The position numbers were made by a program, and so were the translations under genes. The notes below the pieces were generated by a model. The model saw nothing but the letters and a program-made list of their open reading frames with translations, was not told the DNA's origin and made no database searches. From positions 1,674,001-1,738,000 of the forward strand of contig JABVCE010000002.1 of assembly GCA_014905635.1 (NCBI GenBank): 64,000 nt of DNA, given 5' to 3'. The DNA is from Scenedesmus sp. PABB004 (taxonomy: Eukaryota). Of this stretch, positions 35,708 through 47,256 are shown piece by piece (the stretch's first letter is position 1; each line of letters opens with the position of its first letter).

Positions 35708-38700
35708 GGCGGCGCCGTCGGCCGGCGCCGCGCAGCCGGGCCCGCGCGGCGCCCGCGCACGGCCGGCGGGGCCCGCGCGGCGCCCGCGCACGGCCGGCGG
35801 GGCCCGGGCGCGCGGCGGCGGCGCGGGCGCGCGCGCGCGCACCGAGGCTCGTGCGCGCCGAGGCGGCGGCGGCCGCCTCCGGGCGCCGCACCCGCCCGCG
35901 CCGGCTGAGATGGTGCGGGTGGCGGCGCGCGCACTGCCGCTGGCCGGCGCCGCCGCGGCGCGCGGCGCAGCCGCAAGGCCCGGGCCGCAGCGTTTGAGCG
36001 GAGAGCGCCCGCTCTCCGTCCCAGGCCGGCGTGTGTTGTTGATATTGCCGGCCTGTGTGTTTTTGCATCACATCCGGACCCATTGTCAAACGGTGCTGCG
36101 TGCCATCATCAGCAGCAAGCACCTGGCCTATTGCTGGCTGCATGGCCAGGGCTGGCCAGGTCTGGCCTAGCCCGGTCTGGGCCGGACATGGCACCTGTGC
36201 GCACGTTGCAGCGGTCAGGGGCTGACTGCTGGCTTGTGCGGGCTGCCTGCCTGCTTCCTATTGCTTGTCGTGATATCTATCGCGCGGCTGCCTGGGAGGC
36301 GCTGGGCGCATCTGCTTCCCCTGCGCGCGCGTCGTACGCGCATCATGTCGGTCGTTGCACCGCCGTCGCCACGCGCCCGTGGGTGCGCCACGCAGCCTAC
36401 GCGCGCCTGCTCGGCGACAGCTGGAGCCTCGGCACGGTGCGCGCCGCGCCGCGCCGCGCCGCGGCGGCGTCAGCGGCGGCGCCGCGCAGCGGGCGCGGTC
36501 GTGGCTGCGCGGTCGCCCACTCGTCGCCGCCCGAGCGCGCGGCGCCGCGGCGCAGGTCCAGGCGGCCGCGTCGATGCTGATGCAGCACCTTCAGGACCGC
36601 GCGTCAATGATCGACGATGGCAGCGAGCGGGTGCTCGCACCGCGTGTCGCTGCAGATCTGGTACGGCATGCTGGGCGAGTTCACGGACCGCTGGGCGGCG
36701 GCGCCGGCGCCGGCGGCGAGTCGCGCTACGCGGACTGCAACAAGCTCGCAGCGGCGGCGCGCGCGCTGCAGCGCCCGGGCTGCGCGCGCCGGCGGCGGCG
36801 GCGGCGGCGACGCGCGCTGCAGCCGCCCGCGCTGCGCGCCGCCGGCGGCGGTGGCGGCGACACGCGCGCTGCAGCCGCCCGCGCTGCACACGCCGGCGGT
36901 GGCGGCGACGCGTGCGCTGCCCGCCTAGGCGTGCGGTGGGTGCGTGGGAGGGGGTGGTTGGCCGGCGCAGCCAGCCCTGCGGCAGCCGCTGCTAGCGTGT
37001 GCGCGCGTGTCGTAGAGCAGTGACAAACGACACCACACCGTGTGCCCCCTCCCCCCATTTTTTCTGCACTGCAATCGTAGCTTGGGCGCCGCGTCGTCGG
37101 CGGCAGGCAGGCGCCTGCCCTGCCCTCAAGCGCATGCAAGGGGCGCAGCGCGTGCGCTTCGTGCGGGCGGGGCCCAGACTCTGGGACCTCGGGCGACGAC
37201 GGTGGCATGTTATTGCTGCGCCTGCCGCAGCTGCGAGAGTCGGCTGCGGCGCGCGGGCTGGGCCGCACCGCACGAAGAGCGCGCGAGTCGGTGCCAGAGT
37301 AACACGTCCTGCTGCTCAGCTCAAGCCTAGTGATTGCCGGCTCACGGTCAAGTGCTTTCACGCGCGCGCCGCGCCCGGGTTCAGCCGCACCGCGCCGCCG
37401 CCCGCCGGCCGCGAGCTCAGCAGCGCGCGCCGCACGGCGCCCGCGCTGCAGCCCAGGAGCGCTGCCCACAGCCGCCGCCCGCGCTGCACACGCGGCCGCC
37501 GCGACGCCGCCCTCTCAAACGCGCAGGCCGGCCGGTGGTGCCCTCCTTGCGCACGTCGGGCAACATCACCCCTTGCCCTGGCGACCAGGTCCGCCCGCCC
37601 GGCTTGGCGCCGCCGCTGTAGCTGCGCGGGGGCCCGCCCGCGCACGTGAGCGCGCCCACCGCGAGCTCCTGGGGGAAGGCCGGCGGGAAGGCCAGCGCGC
37701 CGCGGCCTCGCTCGCAGGGGCGACCAGCAGCACGTCTGGCGCGCGGCCCTCGGCGGTCACGCCCGTCGCCGCCGCGCGCCACTCCGCCCCGCCCACGCGC
37801 ATTGCGCCGCTGCCGATGGGCTCCGCCGGCCCGCGCTGGTCAGGCCGGCCAGCACCACCATGCGCCAGCGCGGCGCGCCGCCGGGCGCGCCGTAGTGCTC
37901 CGCCGGCAGGCCCCGCAGCCGGCCCTCGCGCACCGAGTGGGCGCGCAGCCGGCTGCGCCTGCCTGGCGCTGACGCGCCCGGCTCGATCGAGCCGCTGTCG
38001 GGGTTGACGCCCACCGCGTGCAGCGCCGCGCCGCCGGGGGTGACGCTCGCAACGCGCGGGCCCAGCCCCGGCCGCGCCGCGATGATGGACGCAGCGCAGG
38101 TGCCGCGCGGCTTCAACAAACGAGCCCAGCTCAGCACACAGCCGCTGGGGCCGAGCGGGTCCGCGGTCGCGCAGCCGCTCCAGGCGTTGTGCACCAGGTT
38201 GGGGCTGCTCGCCGCGACGCCGCTGCTGATCAGGCACACCAGCACCACCAGCACGCGCGGCGCGGACGCCGGCAGACCGATCGTGGGCTCGCCGATCGCG
38301 GCCAGGGCCCACGGCCAGCCGTCCGGCGCCGCCGCGCACGCCGCGCCCGTCACGGCGGCGCTGCTGGCGTTGCCGCCGCCGCTGCCGCCTTCGCCGCCCG
38401 GCGCGGGCGAGGCGGCGCGTGGCAGCTGGCTGGCCTGCGGCGGGCGGCAGGACGTGAGCGCGAGGTGCGCGTGCGGCGTCGGCGGCCAGAGCAGGCGCCA
38501 GGATGCCAGGATGCTTCTACTGAAGTGGCCACCGCGCGCTGGCCAGCAGCACCAGCAGCCACAGGCAGGGCACGCCGGCAGCGCCGTGCTGCATTGACCG
38601 GGTGTGTTCTGGCGAGGCTCCTGTGCTGCCGCTGTCGCAGTTGCGGGTCCCCCTGCTCCTCTCCACGCACACGCTGCGGCCCGGGCCTCTCGGCTGCGCC

Positions 38701-38782
38701 GCGCGCCGCGGCGGCGCCGGCCTGCGGCCGTGCGCGGGCGCCGCGCGGGCCTGGCTGCGCGGCGTCGGCCGACGGCGCCGCC
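35708..38782. mobile_element. Inverted-repeat-bounded spacer (unit 3)
   Basis: Left arm 35708-36005, right arm 38659-38782; same structure as unit 2. Confidence 0.4.
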
Positions 38783-39522
38783 GCGCTCGCTTTCGGAGCC
38801 GCTGGCGCAGGCCGGCAGCTTCCTCTGAACTAGCGGCGGGTGAATCACGTGTGAGGCGGAGCCAGGGCACCAGGTGACGCACGCGAGCTGACGTCCACCG
38901 GCGCGGCCACGCGCGGCCACGGTCTGGGTGCTTTCGCTTTCGAATCGCCCTGGTAAGACGTCACACGCGTCCGACCGCCGAAGCGAGCTCAGAGCGCGCG
39001 CACAGGTCACTTCACAGCAGAAGTGCCGACCAAGAGCTTCTCCTTTGCACGGCCGCGATCTTAGCCCTGCGCACGCGCCGGCTCCCGCTCACTCTCGCCC
39101 CTGCCGTTTCGCCGTCCTCCGGCCCTCCGCAGCTCTCCGCCGGCCCCGTTCGCGCACCGACCCTGCCGCCCGGTGAGCCATGTCGACAAGGCCGCACGCC
39201 CGCAGGGCGACAGGTCGCCCCGAGCCAGCGCCCGGGATGGGTGCAGGCAGTGGGGAGGGGGCGCGTGGGAGGCGTCGCGGCATTGTCGGCGCGCGCAGGG
39301 CGGCAGGGCAGGCTCAGATGGATGGCCAGCGGGCCCACGCCTCACGGCGCTCGCGCCGCGCACCGCTCTGCACGCACCGGTGCACAGCATGCACCTCAGC
39401 ACGCCCGCTTCTTGAAGCACATGTGCTTACACCCCGCCGCCCCCCCGCTGCCCCCGCCGCCCCCGCCGCCTGCTGCCCGCCCAACCCCCGCCACGCAGGA
39501 GCTGCCGCCACCACCCGGCAAG

Positions 39523-40381
39523 ATGGCAAGCCGTGCGTTCATGTTGGCCGCCGTGGCCCTCTTCGCCGTCCTCGCGGCCGCTCGCGCGCAGCAGGGGGCC
39601 CCCCCGCGGTCTCCTGCCCCGATCACCACCCCGTGCGACGGCAACTTCACCGCGCTGTCCGTGGCGATGACCAACGCCACCAACACCGAGCTCGCCAAGA
39701 GCTTTGGCCAGACCAACACCACCAGCACGGACAGGAGCACCAAGTTCACCGTGCCCAGGATCTGCGGCCCCCTTGGCACCTGCGCCGGCGGCAACACCTT
39801 CTCGGCCTCGGCGGGCAAGACCAAGAGCACCAGCGGCGCGCACAACATCGTCTCCGCCTGGAACCTGACCGAGAACTCGTGCTTTAACAACTCTGGCACC
39901 TGGACGGTGTCTGGCCCTCTCCAGGTGGTCTTCACTTGGACCGACAGCATCAGCGTCAGTGAGTGCGCTGGGGGGTCGCATTGAGTTGGATCGCAGCAGG
40001 CACGCGCCCCATGGCTCCCCCTCACCCCTCACCCCCCCCCCCCCCCCTGCCCACCCTGCAGACACAAAGTTTTTCGTCAATGGCTTCCTGGGCGCCGAGC
40101 TCAGCTTTACGGTGGACGCATCGATCACCGGCATGACCGCCCTCTCGGGCGGCACCTGGACGGTCACCTCGACGGATGGCATCACCGGCACCCTTACGGC
40201 GGTGAGCTTTGCCAACTGCGTCATCGACACCGCCTCCGTGGACGTCACGGCGGACGGGTCGTTCCTGGCAAGCGCTAGCGCCACGGTCCAGGCCAATCTC
40301 GATGCCTCTGGCCCCCAGTTCTGCTCCGCTCTCAACAAGAAGCTTGCCCCCAAGCTCATTAACAAGACCTTCCCCCTGTGA
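39523..40381 (+). CDS. Array copy 4; intact, diverged paralog
   Basis: Exons 39523-39958 and 40062-40381. Same signal peptide and six Cys, with many substitutions in the mature region. Confidence 0.85.
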
Positions 40382-41054
40382 CAGCACCGTCTATGATGGC
40401 GGCGCCGTCGGCCGGCGCCGCGCAGCCGGGGCCCGCGCGGCGCCCGCGCATGGCCGGCAGGCCCGCGCGGCGCCCGCGCACGGCCGGCGGGGCCGGGCGC
40501 GCGGCGGCGGCGCGGGCGCGCGCGCGCGCACCGGGGTGCGCGCGCGCGTGCGCCCCGAGGCGCGTGCGCGCCGAGGCGGCGGCGGCCGCCTCCGGGCGCC
40601 GCGTCCGCCCCCGCCGGCTGAGATGGTGCGGATGGCGGCGCGCGCACTGCCGCTGGCCGGCGCTGGCGCGGCGCGCGGCGCAGCCGCACCTTGCCCGCGC
40701 CGCAGCGTGTGCGCGGGGAGCGCGGCCCGCTCTCCGTCCCAGGCCGGCGTGTGTTGTTGATGTTGCCGGCCTGTGTGTTTCTGCATCACATCCGGACCCA
40801 TTGTCAAACGGTGCTGCGTGACATGTGACAGCAGCAAGCACCTGACCTATCGTGTCCTGGCTGCATGGCCAGCGCTGGCCACGCGCTGCAGCGGTTAGGG
40901 GCTGACCGCTGCTGGCTTGTACGGGCTGCCTGCTTCCTATTGCTTGTCGTGATATCTATCGCGCAGCTGCCTGGGAGGCGCTGGGCGCATCTGCTTCCCC
41001 TGCGCGCGCGTCGTACGCGCATCATGTCGGTCGTTGCACCGCCGTCGCCACGCG

Positions 41055-41450
41055 CCCGTGGGTGCGCCACGCAGCCTACGCGCGCCTGCTCGGCGACAGC
41101 TGGAGCCTCGGCACGGTGCGCGCCGCGCCGCGCCGCGCCGCGGCGGCGTCAGCGGCGGCGCCGCGCAGCGGGCGCGGTCGTGGCTGCGCGGTCGCCCACT
41201 CGTCGCCGCCCGAGCGCGCGGCGCCGCGGCGCAGGTCCAGGCGGCCGCGTCGATGCTGATGCAGCACCTTCAGGACCGCGCGTCGATGATCGACGACGGC
41301 AGCGAGCACCCGCACCGCATGTCGCTGCAGATCTGGTACGGCGTGCTGGGCGAGGTCACGGACCGCTCGGCGGCGGGCCTGGCAGAGGCGGGCGCGGCGG
41401 CGCAGGTCTCTGCTCCATCGGCGGCGAGTGGCGTTACGCCGACTGTGACA
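41055..41450 (+). pseudogene. Spliced gene relic in the spacer (other copies at about 27600-27960, 31650-32010, 36380-36740)
   Basis: YARLLGDSWSLGT|gtgcgc...cgcag|VQAAASMLMQHLQDRASMIDDGSEHPHRMSLQIWYGVLGEVTDR. The intron is typical. Units 1-3 are frameshifted after DDGSE. No clear start codon. Confidence 0.45.
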
Positions 41451-42284
41451 AGCTCGCCGCGGCGGCGCAGCGCGCCGCCGCAGCCGCGGCGACGCGCGCG
41501 CTGCAGCCGCCCCGGCTGCGCGCCGCCGGCGGCGGTGGCGGCGAAGCGTGCGCTGCCCGCCTAGGCGTGCGGTGGGTGTGCGTGGGAGGGGGTGGTTGGC
41601 CGGCGCAGCCAGCCCTGCGGCAGCCGCTGCTGGCGTGTGCGCGCGTGTCGTAGAGCAGTGACAAAAGACACCACACCGTGTGCCCCCTCCCCCCATTTTT
41701 TCTGCACTGCAATCGTAGCTTGGGCGCCGCGTCGTCGGCGGCAGGCAGGCGCCTGCCCTGCCCTCAAGCGCATGCAAGGGGCGCAGCGCGTGCGCTTCGT
41801 GCGGGCGGGGCCCAGACTCTGGGACCTCGGGCGACGACGGTGGCATGTTATTGCTGCGCCTGCCGCAGCTGCGAGAGTCGGCTGCGGCGCGCGGGCTGGG
41901 CCGCACCGCACGAAGAGCGCGCGAGTCGGTGCCAGAGTAACACGTCCTGCTGCTCAGCTCAAGCCTAGTGATTGCCGGCTCACTGTCAAGTGCTTTCACG
42001 CGCGCGCCGCGCCCAGGTTCAGCCGCACCGTGCCGCCGCCCGCCGGCCGCAAGCTCAGCAGCGCGCACCGCACGGCGCCCGCGCTGCAGCCCGGGAACGC
42101 TGCCCACAGCCGCCGCCCGCGCTGCACACGCGGCCGCCGCAACGCCGCCCTCCCACACGCGCAGGCCGGCCGGTGGTGCCCTCCTTGCGCACGTCAGGCA
42201 CCAGCACCCCTTCCCCCCGCCACCAGGTCGGCCCGCCCGGCTTGGCACCACCGCTGTAGCTGCGCGGGGGCCCGCCCGCGCATG

Positions 42285-43090
42285 TGAGCGCGCCCACCGC
42301 GAGCTCCTGGGGGAAGGCCGGCGGGAAGGCCAGCGCGCCGCGGCCTCGCTCGCAGGGGCGACCAGCAGCACGTCTGGCGCGCGGCCCTCGGCGGTCACGC
42401 CCGTCGCCGCCGCGCGCCACTCCGCCCCGCCCACGCCCATCGCGCCGCTGCCGATGGGCTCCGCCGGCCCCGCGCTGGTCAGGCCGGCCAGCACCACCAT
42501 GCGCCAGCGCGGCGCGCCGCCGGACGCGCCGCAGTGCTCCGCCTGCAGGCCCCGCAGCCGGCCCTCGCACACCGAGTGGGCGCGCAGCCGGCTGCGCCCG
42601 CCTGGCGCTGACGCGCCCGGCTTGATCGAGCCGCTGTCGGGGTTGACGCCCACCGCGTGCAGCGCCGCGCCGCCGGGGGTGACGCTCGCAACGCGCGGGC
42701 CCAGCCCCGGCCGCGCCGCGATGATGGACGCAGCGCAGGTGCCGCGCGGCTTCAACAAACGAGCCCAGCTCAGCACACAGCCGCTGGGGCCGAGCGGGTC
42801 CGCGGTCGCGCAGCCGCTCCAGGCGTTGTGCACCAGGTTGGGGCTGCTCGCCGCGACGCCGCTGCTGATCAGGCACACCAGCACCACCAGCACGCGCGGC
42901 GCGGACGCCGGCAGACCGATCGTGGGCTCGCCGATCGCGGCCAGGGCCCACGGCCAGCCGTCCGGCGCCGCCGCGCACGCCGCGCCCGTCACGGCGGCGC
43001 TGCTGGCGTTGCCGCCGCCGCTGCCGCCTTCGCCGCCCGGCGCGGGCGAGGCGGCGCGTGGCAGCTGGCTGGCCTGCGGCGGCGGGACGT
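42285..43090 (-). pseudogene. Minus-strand gene relic in the spacer (other copies at about 32920-33720 and 37650-38450; truncated at about 28870-29430)
   Basis: Protein-like reading PDGWPWALAAIGEPTIGLP..VLVVLVCLISSGVAASSPNLVHNAWSGC..WRMVVLAGL. The frame is continuous in unit 4 and shifted in units 1-3. No family recognised. Confidence 0.35.
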
Positions 43091-44150
43091 GAGCGCGAGG
43101 TGCGCATGCGGCGTCGGCGGCCAGAGCAGGCGCCATGATGCTTCTACTGAAGTGGCCACCGCGCGCCGGCCAGCAGCGCCAGCCACAGGCAGGGCACGCC
43201 GGCAGCGCCGCGCCGCATTGACCGGGTGTGCCTGGCCTCCTGCTGCCGCTGTCGCAGTTGCGGGTCCCCCTGCTCCCTCTCCACGCACACGTTGCGGCCC
43301 GGCCTTTCGGCTGCGCCGCGCGCCGCGGCGGCGCCGGCCAGCGCCGCTGGCCGTGCGCGGGCGCCGCGCGGGCCTGGCTGCGCGGCGCCGGCCGACGGCG
43401 CCGCCGCGCTCGCTTTCGGAGCCGCTGGCGCAGGCCGGCAGCTTCCTCTGAACTAGCGGCGGGTGAATCACGTGTGAGGCGGAGCCAGGGCACCAGGTGA
43501 CGCACGCGAGCTGACGTCCACCGGCGCGGCCACGCGCGGCCGCGGTCTGGGCGCGGTCGCTTTCCAGTCGATCGTCTTAGACGTCACACGCGTCCGACCG
43601 CCGAAGCGAGCCCCGAGCGCGGGCACAGGTCACTTCACAGTAGAAGTGCCGACCAAGAGCTTCTCCTTTGCACCGCCGCGATCTTAGCCCTGCGCACGCG
43701 CCGGCTCCCGCTCACTCCCGCCCCTGTCTTCCCGCCGTCTACCGTACCTCGGCAGCTCTCCGCCGCCTCGCCGCCGCACCACACAACCCTGCCCCGAGAG
43801 GTGAGCCATGTCGACAAGGCCGCACGCCCGCAGGGCGACAGGTCGCCCCGAGCCAGCGCCCGGGATGGGTGCAGGCAGTGGGGTGCAGGCAGTGGGGAGG
43901 GGCGCGTGGGAGGCGTCGCGGCATTGTCCGCGCGCCCAGGGCGGGGCTCAGATGGATGCAGAGCCGGCCCACGCCTCACGGCGCCCGCGCCGCGCACTTC
44001 TGCTCGCACCGGTGCACGCATGCACCTCAGCACGCCCGCTTCTTGAAGCACATGTGCTTACACCCCGCCGCCCCCGCTGCCCCCGCCGCCCCCGCCGCCT
44101 GCTGCCCGCCCACCCCCGCCACGCAGGAGCTGCCGCCACCACCCGGCAAG

Positions 44151-45010
44151 ATGGCAAGCCGTGCGTTCATGTTGGCCGCCGTGGCCCTCTTCGCCGTCCT
44201 CGCGGCCGCTCGCGCGCAGCAGGACGACGGGGTCCGGCCCTCCCCCTCCCCCATCACCAACCCGTGCGACGGCAACTTCACCGCGCTGTCCGCGGCGATG
44301 ACCAACGCCACCAACACCCAGCTCGCCAAGAGCTTCGGCCAGACCAACACCTCCAGCACGGACAGGAGCACCACGTTCACCGTGCCCAGGATCTGCGGCC
44401 CCTTTGGCACCTGCGCCGGCGGCAAAACCTACTCGGCCTCGGCGGGCAAGACCAAGAGCACCAGCGGCGCGCACGACATCGTCTCCGCCTGGACTCTGAC
44501 CGAGGACCAGTGCTTTAACAACTCTGGCACCTGGACGGTGTCTGGCACTCTCCAGGTGGTCTTCACTTGGACCGACAGCATCAGCGTCAGTGAGTGCGCT
44601 GGGGGGTCGCATTGAGTTGGATCGCAGCAGGCACGCGCCCCATGGCTCCCCCTCACCCCTCACACCCCCCAACCCCTGCCCACCCTGCAGACACAAAGTT
44701 TTTCGTCAATGGCTTCCTGGGCGTCAGCCTTGACTTCACGGTGGACGCATCGATCACCGGCATGACCGCCACCGCGGGCGGCACCTGGACGGTCACCTCG
44801 ACGAACGGCATCGTCGGCACGCTTACGGCGATCAGCTTTGCCGACTGCGTCATCGACACGAACTCCGTGGACATCACGCTGCAGGGCTCGCCCCTGTCCA
44901 GTGCTAGCGCCAAGGCCCAGTCCAAGATCGATGCCTCTGGTCCCCAATTCTGCACCGCCCTCAACAACAAGGTCGCCCCCAAGCTCATTAACAAGACCTT
45001 CCCCCTGTGA
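44151..45010 (+). CDS. Array copy 5; intact, most diverged paralog
   Basis: Exons 44151-44589 and 44691-45010. The mature protein starts QQDDGVRPSPSP and the six Cys are conserved. TGTAA occurs downstream at 45662 and 45703. Confidence 0.85.
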
Positions 45011-45842
45011 CAGCACCGTCTATGATGGCGGCGCCGTCGGCCGGCGCCGCGCAGCCGGGGCCCGCGCGGCGCAGCCGGGGCCCGCGCGGCGCCCGCGCAC
45101 GGCCGACGGGGGCCGGGGCGCGGGCGCGCGCGCGCGCACCGAGGCGCGTGCGCGCCGAGGCGGCGGCGGCCGCCTCCGGGCGCCGCACCCGCCCGCGCCG
45201 GCTGAGATGGTGCGGGTGGCGGCGCGCGCACTGCCGCTGGCCGGCGCTGGCGCGGCGCGCGGCGCAGCCGCACCTTGCCCGCGCCGCAGCGTGTGCGCGG
45301 GGAGCGCGGCCCGCTCTCCGTCCCAGGCCGGCGTGTGTTGTTGATGTTGCCTGCCTGTGTTTCTGCATCACATCCGGACCCATTGTCAAACGGTGCTGCG
45401 TGACATGTGACAGCAGCAAGCACCTGACCTATCGTGTCCTGGCTGCATGGCCAGCGCTGGCCACGCGCTGCAGCGGTTAGGGGCTGACCGCTGCTGGCTT
45501 GTACGGGCTGCCTGCCCGCTTCCTATTGCTTGTCGTGATATCTATCGCGCGGCTGCCTGGGAGGCGCTGGGCGCATCTGCTTCCCCTGCGCGCGCGTCGT
45601 ACGCGCATCATCACGACCGTCGTTGCATCGCCAGACCCTGACGCCGCCACCGTGTTCCAGCTGTAACGGCCCGTGCGCCCTTTGAATCGGCGTCCCCCAA
45701 TCTGTAACGGAGCACTCTCCCCACCCGCCGTGACACAGGCCGCAGCGGGCCGCTGCCTCTGCGCGCACACGCTGCGGCCTGGACTCAGTTACAAGCCAGT
45801 CTCGCGGTGCGCGAGCCCCCGGGCTGCCTCATCTCGGGTGCA

Positions 45843-46900
45843 TTACGATCGCGCTGACTGCAGTGCGCGGCGCAACTCTTGCACGGCCGCCGCGAGCTGA
45901 GCCTGCGTGGCCGTCACTGACCGCACCACAACCGTCTGCAGAGCCACGCGGAAGGCCCTACGCGGCGCGAGGCGGCACCGAGCCCGGCAGTGGGCGGCAG
46001 CCGCGCGCAGCCCCGGCCCGCTCGCACGGCAGCCCCGCTGGCGCGCCCCCTTGCGGCTGGCGAGCACTCGCAGCTCGCCCGCCTGCGCTCGCACGCTCAC
46101 CTGCGCTTGCACGCTAGCTGCGCAGCGAGGCCGTTCGCACGGGACGCCGCCTCGGCGGCTGCATCCTGCGCGGCGGTCGGGCCAGCTGGCGGTCGGCCAG
46201 CTCACGACGCAGCTCCGCCAGCACCGCCGCGCCAGTGCTGCGCTCCTCCTCGGACGCCGCCAGGCGCGCACCGCAAGGTCGGAGACCTGCGCCGCGGGGC
46301 GTCGGCGCAGCGAGGTGAGCGCAGCCGGCAGGGGAAGGGCAGGAGGCGCGCAACCGCCTTGAACAGCAGCCGCACCTGGTGCACCAGCCCCGCCCTGTTG
46401 GCTGAGCGCATGTCGCAGCCGGGCCCGGGCGTGCTCACGCCGCACTCGCCGCCGTCGCCAACCGAGGTCGCCTCGCCACCGTCGCGAGCGGTGTCGGCTG
46501 GCGCCGCCTGCGACGCCAGCTCGGCGCGCACCGTCGCGAGCTGCACCGCAAGCAAGTGCGTCGCGGGTGGCGGCGGCCTCGCCCAGCTGGCTCGTGAGCG
46601 CATCCAGCGCAGACGCGCTCGAGGCGTCCGGCTCTGCCAGCTGCTGCTGCGCGGCGTTCCGCTGGTCGCAATCGCACCCAGGCTGTCTTGCTTTGCCGCC
46701 ACCTCGGCCTGCAGCTGCGCGAGCTGTGCAGCAAGCAGCGGCGGCAGCGGCGGGCCGCGTCAGCACGCGCAGCCGGCCCCGCGGGCGAGGCGGCGCGCTC
46801 TCCGCACCCGGGGCGCTGCGCGGCTGGCGGGCCTCACCCGCGCGTGCAGCGCAATCTCTGCCTCTGCCACGTCGTCGTCGCCGCCTCTGGGTGCTCAGCA
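45843..46900 (-). pseudogene. Degenerate coiled-coil protein gene
   Basis: GGDDDVAEAEIALHAR|gtgag..gctgac..cacag|LAQLQAEVAAKQDSL is followed by heptad-like segments in changing frames (ALDALTSQLGEAAATRDAL, LATVRAELASQ, LAELRRELADRQL, QAQLAAAVQELRRALQ). This implies several frameshifts. Confidence 0.5.
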
Positions 46901-47256
46901 GCTGGCAGCTCGCAACCGCACGCACGGCACACGCGTCGGCGGCTCTGCGCCGGCGCGGCGCGGCCGCGGGCTGCGGGCGTCGCGGGCGCCGCTGCCCCCC
47001 GCGCGGGCGCGATGTCGCCGCGTGTCCTCGCCTGTCAGAGAAGACCGCGATCGCATGGCGCGGTGTGGCCTGGCGCGCGCACAGACGCCAACTCAAACAT
47101 TCTGCTGTCGTATTCGAGCGCCGCGCCTCCCGCTCTGCCGGCGGCGCTCAACAACCAGCTCCCCCGGGCCCGCGCCCACACGCCGCCCACACGCCGCCCG
47201 TGGCGCTCCCGTGCCGCCTCAGGCCGCCCTCGGCGCCGCCAGCGCCCAGCAGCGCC

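Larger units (their letters stand above)
40398..43405. mobile_element. Inverted-repeat-bounded spacer (unit 4, diverged)
   Basis: Left arm 40398 to about 40720, right arm 43277-43405. Confidence 0.4.
25331..45632 (+). repeat. Tandem segmental duplication of five units (about 4.0-4.7 kb, last one partial), each carrying one secreted-protein gene
   Basis: Start codons at 26073, 30120, 34819, 39523 and 44151 (spacings 4047, 4699, 4704, 4628). Identical ORF translations recur in the ORF track. Units 1-3 are near-identical; units 4-5 are diverged. Confidence 0.96.

Noticed and set aside
25331..45632. Array as a CRISPR locus, LTR retrotransposon or integrated virus
   Set aside because: No short repeat-spacer structure, and no RT, integrase, transposase or capsid motifs were recognised. 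The units contain ordinary spliced genes.
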